Assembly (NCBI GenBank): GCA_039096225.1
Contig: JBBPEB010000024.1
Coordinates: 682,001-746,000, forward strand
DNA: 64,000 nt
Origin: Blastocystis sp. Blastoise
Lineage: Eukaryota > Protista > Bigyra: Opalinata
Direction of reading: 5' to 3'
A model generated the notes under the pieces. That model was given only the letters and a program-made list of their open reading frames with translations, searched no databases and had not been told where the DNA came from. Positions 56,952 through 64,000 of the stretch are shown here, piece after piece. The translations under genes and the position numbers were made by a program. Numbering within the stretch: the stretch's first letter is position 1; each line of letters begins with the position of its first letter.

Positions 56952-59258
56952 TTAAGAAATTAGAATGTATGCTGCCTTTTTTATAGGACTAACAACAGTA
57001 TTTTGAGATGAAATAGACATTTTTAGATATAAAAACAAGTATTTATTTTGCGTTGTATCAAGATGAATTAGAGTTGGAAAAAAATGAAAAATTAGTTCAT
57101 TAGAAGATAAATTATAATAGATGTTTTGATTCTGTATTTCATTTATATCATGTGCTTGTTTTAGACTATGAAAAGTGGAATTATAGATGGAGAAAAGGAG
57201 AAAAAAAGAAATAGGAGGAGAAAAAATACTAATTGTAGAAACATTAGCATATATGAGTACAGAAGGAGTAGTAGATATAGTATTATTTGTATTTGTTATA
57301 TTTTCATCTTGTTCATCTTGTATGTAATTAGCAGTAGTATCCTTAGTAGTAATTCTCTTTTCTATAGTAATATTATCTGAATTTGTTTTTTCATTTGTAG
57401 GAGCTCTAATATTTCTATGTTTATTGTTATATATGTTTCTTAAGGTAGGTAATAAATAGAATAAAGTATTATTACTGAATTGAAGGAATAACATGGAGAA
57501 TGATTTTTGGCGGGTGATTTTCTTAGGAATTCTAGGCCTATTTTTTCTTTTCTCGTAGATAAACATTAAAGTGAAGTGATTTATAAATTCCTTTAAGGAT
57601 TCTATATTATTCCATTTCTTTCCATTTTTATGTTTTTTTATTGTGTTATAACCAATTAGAAATTCAGGTTTTGCCGGGAAAAGCCAATTAAATTTAGTAG
57701 GAAAATCTTTAGGAGGAGAAGTAATAGTATATATATTAGTAGGAAGAGAAAGAGTAAATTCATTATTTTCAATAGTATTTAGTATAGTTTCATTTGTAGG
57801 AATCTCATTTTCATCTATTATATCATTAGGAGTAAGTATAGGTATTTCTATATTAGAATCAGAATTCATATATATATCTTGATCCTCTTGTTCGGTATTA
57901 TTTAAATTGAGAGAAATAGGTTCATCTTCAGAGGATAGAGAAGAGTTAGTTTGTATAGGAGGATACATAGTTTCATTTCCAATGGGAGTATTATTTGTAA
58001 TTGTAGCAGTATTTATTGTAGTAGTATTTGAAGATGTAGATAAAGAAGGAGATAGTTCTAGTGTAGGATTTCTTGCCCAAGAAGGAGGATTCGTATCATT
58101 TGGGAATATTCTATTGTGTAGTAATTGACTAAGTGTAGGAGTAGGAGGAGAATCAGAAGATTCTGGAGAATTTGAGGATTCACTAGGAGTATTTTCGTTC
58201 ATAGAGTTATCAATATTGTTTTCATTCAATTCCATATTTATATTACTTTTTTGTATCTCAGCATCCATTTTATCATTCCCATCAACTACTGTTGTATCAA
58301 TATTGATTACATTGTTTTCTTCAGTATTCATCAATACATCTTTCATTTCATTTTCATTTCGTATTTCTTTACTTTGAGAGGAATTAGGAGTAATTTCTTG
58401 TAGATTCTGAGTCGTTTCATTCATAGAGGGATTCATAGTAGTTTCATTCATAGTATCAGATTCATCTAAGGGTATTGTAGTAGTTTCATCATTCGTAGTA
58501 CCAAAGTTCGTAGAGAATGTAGAAGTAGGTTTCATAGTATTTCGAGGATCATCATAATCAATCCAAATATTAATATCAGTAGACCAAGAGCTTTGCACAG
58601 AGTAGTTCGAGGACCATGAAGTTTTAGTAGAGGAGAAATTCCAATCATTCTTTTTCATAGTATCATCATTTTTCATAGATAGAGAGTTTACAGCATCCTT
58701 TGTAGACATAGTAGGTTCAACAAGTTCATCACCATCTTTCTTCTTTCTTAAACTCATAAAATCAGTACATACAGGAGACATCTTTCTCTTTTTCGCAAGT
58801 GTAGAAGTTTCAATGTAGAAGACTTCAGTTTCTAGAGGTATAGGACTGTTCTGGTTGTGTAGAGGTAGTGTAGTTGTAGAGATAGATGTAGAAGAAGAAA
58901 TATCCTTTTCAGGATTATTTTTGGGTTGTAAATAACCGTTATTATTTGGTGGATCTTTCAAAGTAATAGAAGAACCACGGGAGGCTTCGGAATTTCCTGG
59001 GATTTCACATCCGGAGAAATTCTCTTTTTCCTGAATTGGAAGACCATTCTCAGCATATTTTATTTGTTTTTGATTTTTTGAAGCCCCAAGGAATTCTTGA
59101 GTATTTCCACCATCACTAATCATCTTATCATCTTCTCTAGCACACACAGAAGAAGAAACGGAAGAATTCTGACCTTTATCAACTGATTGTAAAAGATCAT
59201 GTTGGAGTTTTGACTCCGGAACAGAAGCATTGTCGTTTATTTGGATTGCTGATTGCAT
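56952..59258 (-). CDS. Intronless ~770-aa orphan protein, S/T/N/P-rich, between two tRNA 3' halves
   Basis: 2.3-kb open frame in very AT-rich DNA; first ATG at ~59258 (MQSAIQIND); NLS-like KKRK/RKKK; basic/aromatic C-terminal region; no recognisable family. Confidence 0.7.
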   Translation of the reverse strand: MQSAIQINDNASVPESKLQHDLLQSVDKGQNSSVSSSVCAREDDKMISDGGNTQEFLGASKNQKQIKYAENGLPIQEKENFSGCEIPGNSEASRGSSITLKDPPNNNGYLQPKNNPEKDISSSTSISTTTLPLHNQNSPIPLETEVFYIETSTLAKKRKMSPVCTDFMSLRKKKDGDELVEPTMSTKDAVNSLSMKNDDTMKKNDWNFSSTKTSWSSNYSVQSSWSTDINIWIDYDDPRNTMKPTSTFSTNFGTTNDETTTIPLDESDTMNETTMNPSMNETTQNLQEITPNSSQSKEIRNENEMKDVLMNTEENNVINIDTTVVDGNDKMDAEIQKSNINMELNENNIDNSMNENTPSESSNSPESSDSPPTPTLSQLLHNRIFPNDTNPPSWARNPTLELSPSLSTSSNTTTINTATITNNTPIGNETMYPPIQTNSSLSSEDEPISLNLNNTEQEDQDIYMNSDSNIEIPILTPNDIIDENEIPTNETILNTIENNEFTLSLPTNIYTITSPPKDFPTKFNWLFPAKPEFLIGYNTIKKHKNGKKWNNIESLKEFINHFTLMFIYEKRKNRPRIPKKITRQKSFSMLFLQFSNNTLFYLLPTLRNIYNNKHRNIRAPTNEKTNSDNITIEKRITTKDTTANYIQDEQDENITNTNNTISTTPSVLIYANVSTISIFSPPISFFLLFSIYNSTFHSLKQAHDINEIQNQNIYYNLSSNELIFHFFPTLIHLDTTQNKYLFLYLKMSISSQNTVVSPIKKAAYILIS

Positions 59259-59287
59259 TAGGATATAAAAAAATGTAAAAAAGAAAT

Positions 59288-59311
59288 CGCCTGATAGGGG
59301 GATCGAACCCC
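59288..59311 (-). tRNA. tRNA gene 3' half only (Lys-like, G discriminator) followed by T-rich terminator
   Basis: Minus strand GGGG-TTCGATC-CCCCT-ATCAGGC-G then ATTTCTTTTTT; no complementary 5' acceptor strand (GCCTGAT) or D arm seen upstream. Confidence 0.78.
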
Positions 59312-62300
59312 AAGTGTTAGCCAATTAAAGTAACCATTTGTACCAGAGAGAACGGTACACAAACAGAAAAAGAACATAAAAAATTAAAATAAATTTAAAA
59401 TATCATTTAATAACATTTGTTCATTTTGTTTTGTTTAAGTATGTTTTACCGCGGGGATATCACAACACATGTATTTCATATGCACCTTAAAATAACCAAT
59501 AGGACTCTCTGAATGGGATTTGTGTACTGATACCAGATCTAGTAACACAATTTTTACACCTCCCAAGCATTTCTGGGATATAGCTGATGTATAGGTACAA
59601 TATACCTTTCATATCACGACTATATATATAATTTAATTAATTTAATTCATATTGAAGGTTAATAAGTAATAGAATAATTTTTTAAGTAATAATTTTAAGA
59701 TAAGAGTTTAATAAATAGTAAATAAGAGAAAAAGAGAAAATTCAATCTATAAATATATAGATATTCAAAAAAGAGCTGATTATAAATAAAATCAGTATAA
59801 ATAAGTTTTAATTAAATAAAATTAGAATAAGATATAAAGAAACAATTTCAATAAAAAGATATATATATAAAATAGTAAATTATAAAATAAAATAAATATA
59901 ATATATCCAATATAATATATAGAGGATAGGGAGTAGATATATATAGTAAGTATAATATAAAGTAGAATTATTAATATAATATCCATTGTAATATGTAGAG
60001 GATAAGTAGTAGATAAATTTCATCAATATAGTATAAGTAGTAGTAGTATATTCAATATAGTATATGGAGGATGAATAGAAGTATTATAGAGGATAATTAG
60101 TAGTATATATTATTCCATATAGTAATATATATTATTCCATATTTCGTTGAGTTAATTCAATATGAGAAGCAGAAGAATGTAGTCTAGAAATATTTTTTGT
60201 AATTAGTCTAGAATCAGGAAGAGATAGTCTCCAATATTTATAAGCCCATTCTAAGACTATATCATTAATTTTTGATATTAAAAAGTATAAGTATCTTCCT
60301 TTGAGTTTTGAGACTTGAGATATATTATGAATAGTAGATTCAGGAATTGTCCCAGAGGCACCAAGAATAACAGTATAGTAGGAGATTTGTTTATTAGGGA
60401 AATCATGTTGTAATTTTTGTATAGCTTCATAATATGAATGATCTTTAGTATGTTTCATTTCTAAGAGAGTATCACGAGTTCCATCTACTTGTTCATAAGT
60501 AACACCAATTTCTACCATTCTTATTTCTTTCTCACTTGTAATTATAATATCAGGACGACGATTAGCCCATTGTTCTTTATTCTTACCATCATATAGAATA
60601 GTATTCATTGATTTTTCTTGATTGACTTTAAAAATAGTATAAGGAAGAGTTTTTGCCAAAGATCTAGCTAAACATTCTCGTATTTCATTATGTCTTTTGC
60701 TAATCAGATCGTGTCCATTTTCATTTCTAGAAATTCTAGCACAAGTAGTCATGATGTGGGTTTGACTATGTATTCTTGATTCATTTTTAGTTTTCAAACA
60801 ATAAGGACATAAAGCGACAGTATCCTGTAGAGTAGGTTTCTTTCCTTTTGGATTTTGTCTTCTATAAGCCATCTCACCAGTATATAGGGTTCTCATTCGA
60901 AGATTCAATAAGGCACAGTATTTTGAAGGATTAATATGTTTTGTTTTGTATATCCATTTATTACACGATATATTATTATTTAAGTATTTAGTATATTGCA
61001 AATAGGAGTATTCTTTCAGCATAGAAGCATGTCTTATTTTCAAAGATTCATTTAATAATTTGCACATTTTACGTTTCACATCTTTCGCTTCTATAAATTT
61101 CGATATACTATTATCAGTACTTCTTATTCTTATTCCAGCTCCATTTTTCGGATTATTTTCATAGTAACATATGTCCATGTTTAACGCAACTATAGCATCA
61201 ATAGCTTTTCTTATATAAGGGAAGGGATGGTTCAGTGTTGTAAAGTCTATATCTAAAGGAATAACAGTATCATTTTCTTTCTTTGCTTTTAAGGGTTTGC
61301 TAATATTGTTGATAGATAGATTAAAGAATACCAAATCTTTCTTTCTATTTTCAGGGATTCCAGTAGGAATGTGGCCTCTCATATAGTTTATTGGATCATT
61401 AATCACGTATAGAGAATTTTGTAGAGTAGTATATCTAAGAGCATAATATAAAGTATTTCTAATATTTATATCATTTGAATTAGCTATTCTTACCAGTAGA
61501 GAAGCTTTACCAATATAATACCTATCTAACAACGAAGTAACACCAAGTCCACCATCTCGTATTGAAGTGCTATAAAAGTCTTTAGGCCAGACAGAAGAAC
61601 ATCCATTCCAATTCTTAACATTATTTCTTATTAGTACATCCAGTTCTTTTATTTTAAGTATATTAGTATCACCATTTCTAGCCAAGAATTCAATACAAGG
61701 AATAATATATTGACGAAGAGTTATTAATTTTTGATGAGGACTAATAGGAATTGTGTTCAATGAATTTATTTTTTCTTTGATTTCATCTAACGTATTCACC
61801 CAGAATTCTCTTCGTTTAGTAATTGATTCACCCATAGGACATCCTAAATATCTTTGAATTTCAGTATCTTTAAGTAGAGTAATCACTTCATTATTATAAG
61901 TAGGAGGAGGAGGAGTATAAGTAAGTTTTCTATTTCCATCATTGGAGTATTTCATCGCTAAACACTTACATTTATTAACCGATAGTTTCATATGATATAT
62001 ATTAAGTATTTCTTTTACCTTTCCTAAAAGAACTTCCGTATCTTCTTTATTGTTAGCTAGCAGGACGATATCATCTGCATAAGCATAAGCATTACTTTCT
62101 GATATAACAATAGGATTATTAGGAGTAGTGTTATCTTTAATATTCATCATCATTGCTTGATTATTGTTCAGGTAATTCAATAAAGGATTAAGTATGATAT
62201 TGAATAGAAGAGGAGATAGGGGATCACCTTGTCTTATTCCACGCTTTAAGTATATAGGATCCGTATATGAATTTTTGGTTAATCTTATAACAGTATTAGC

Positions 62301-64000
62301 AGAAGAGTATAAGGATAGAATAATATTTCTGAAGTCTATAGGGAAGTTCATATATTGAAGAATTTGATGCATTAATCTTTGAGGTACCGTATCATAAGCC
62401 TTCTCCAAGTCAAGGAAAGTAAAATAGGCAGCAGTTTTAGCTCTTCTAGATAGTTTAAAGTTAGCTATGTAGTTTTGTAGTATGAAATTAAGTTCTTCAC
62501 AACCAGGTATTCCAGATATAAATCCTTTTTGATATTTTGACATAAAGTTTTGTTTATTGTTTAGTTCATTCATGTAAGTAACCATTATAGAAGAAAGTAT
62601 TTTTGATTCAGTATTTTGTAAAGCCAAAGGTCTCCAGTTTCCTAAGCTACTAGGATCCGATTTATTTTTGTCTAGTAGGCAAGTGATAGAGGAACTCCAA
62701 GATTTTAGAGTAATACCATTCGAACGACATATTTCTAATATATAAGCCAATAGAGAACAAGCAGAAGAGGAGTATTTGTATACTTCATAAGGGAGACCAT
62801 TAGGACCAGGAGTACTGTTATTTGGTAAAAATTTTAATGCGTGTTTAATTCTTTCATAGGTTATCTTATTAAGGGCAGGAGGATTTAGTAATTGTTTAGT
62901 ATTTGATTTTATAATATCTGGAAGTAATATATTATCTAAAGTTTCTTGTGAATCATATAGTTTCGTAAATTGTTCTTGTAAATCCTTAGAAGGTATTTCA
63001 CAATATCTAGGAGTAGTTTTAGAGAATACTTTACTTCTTAAGAAAGCTTTAGTATTCTTATCAAATTCAGATTGTATTTTCTTAGCATCATTAATAGAAG
63101 TAATTCTTATTTTAGCTTCTTTGAGTTGGTTAATATTCCATAAGCATGATTCTATCTCATTCATAATAAGATTTAATATCTCTTTCCATTGTTCTAGAGT
63201 AAGTAGAGAAGTATTATTGTTTTCATTATCTTTCTGTAAGATATTTAATATATTTATTTTTAATTCTTCATCTTCATCAAAGAGTGTAATAGATTGTAGT
63301 TTATTTTTCCAATTAAGGATAGACTCAGAAAGAGTAGAAGAGATAGTATAGGATTCAGTTTCAGGAATATTAGGTATTATAGTGTGATTCAAATCGTATT
63401 TTAGAGTATCTAGATTACTTTTAAGATTATTATAGTATTTCTTTAAAGCTTCAATTTCATTATCCGTAGATTTTCTGAAAGGATTATTATCAAAGAAATC
63501 ATCATTCGTTTGTTTGAAATTATTATTCATATGTATAGTGTTCGTATTATTAGTAGGAGTAGTAGTAGTAGGAGGAGGAGAGGTAGTAGAAGTAGTAACA
63601 TTAGTAGAGGGAGTAGTACCATTTATAGTAGTAGATCGATTAGTAGTAGTAGTATTATTGTTATTAGTAGAAGGACTTAAATCCATATAGTTCTTATATT
63701 TATTATTCTTTTTATATTTATTTTTATTACTATAATTGTTTATAGGATGATTATAATTATTATTTCTTCTATTATATCTATGTTGATTATAATCATGATT
63801 ATTTCCAGGAATATTTTGAGTATCATATCGATTTTGAGTATTCCCGTGATTATTTTGAGAAATATCATGCGTATCCATATCATCCATATTATTAGTAGTA
63901 TTCTGAAGATTATTAGGAGTAGAATCAATATGACTTCGATTTTGACCATAACCGCGATTATTTTGAGAAATCATTACTATATATATGAGAATAGGCAAAA
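59312..64000 (-). mobile_element. Non-LTR retrotransposon of the RLE (R2/R4/NeSL-like) group; 5' end outside the window; ~820-nt 3' UTR
   Basis: Contains the RT-RLE ORF; 3' UTR abuts a tRNA T-arm; no poly(A) tail at the junction. Confidence 0.85.
60132..63975 (-). CDS. Reverse transcriptase + CCHC knuckle + restriction-like endonuclease
   Basis: PGPNG, WRPLAL, QKGF, FLDLEKAYDTV, GIRQGDPLSPLLFN, YADD, YLG, GGLG; CPYC...H...C; RHN...RPDI...VEIG...K...Y. Uninterrupted ~1280 codons. Confidence 0.96.

Noticed and set aside
59285-59312. tRNA-complementary stretch as an LTR primer-binding site
   Set aside because: Lacks the TGG (CCA complement), has a Pol III-like T-run on the tRNA strand, and no LTR, gag or integrase is present.
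59570-59620. CTGATG...TTTC as a hammerhead ribozyme
   Set aside because: The CUGANGA...GAAA core is not complete on either strand.

Overview
Very AT-rich, intron-dense eukaryotic (protist-like) DNA in the standard genetic code; most short ORFs in the track are single exons or microsatellite artefacts. Host genes: four BTB-like/LRR-like paralogs, three BTB-TLDc paralogs, a UBR-box E3 ligase, a calponin-homology protein with a long acidic repeat tail, a fused glutamine-dependent carbamoyl-phosphate synthetase (with a candidate intronic H/ACA snoRNA) and an MFS transporter. Mobile DNA: a TA-flanked foldback MITE, a 5.6-kb palindromic nest of hAT transposon ends with broken transposases, and, at the right end, an RT + restriction-like-endonuclease non-LTR retrotransposon. 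The strongest novel signal is at 56.8-64 kb. The retroelement's 3' end joins the T-loop of one tRNA 3' half (Lys-like). It is followed by an intronless ~770-aa orphan ORF that ends at the same T-loop position of a different tRNA 3' half. This suggests a retroelement targeting the universal tRNA GTTCRA motif and carrying cargo. Gene boundaries were read by eye and are approximate.
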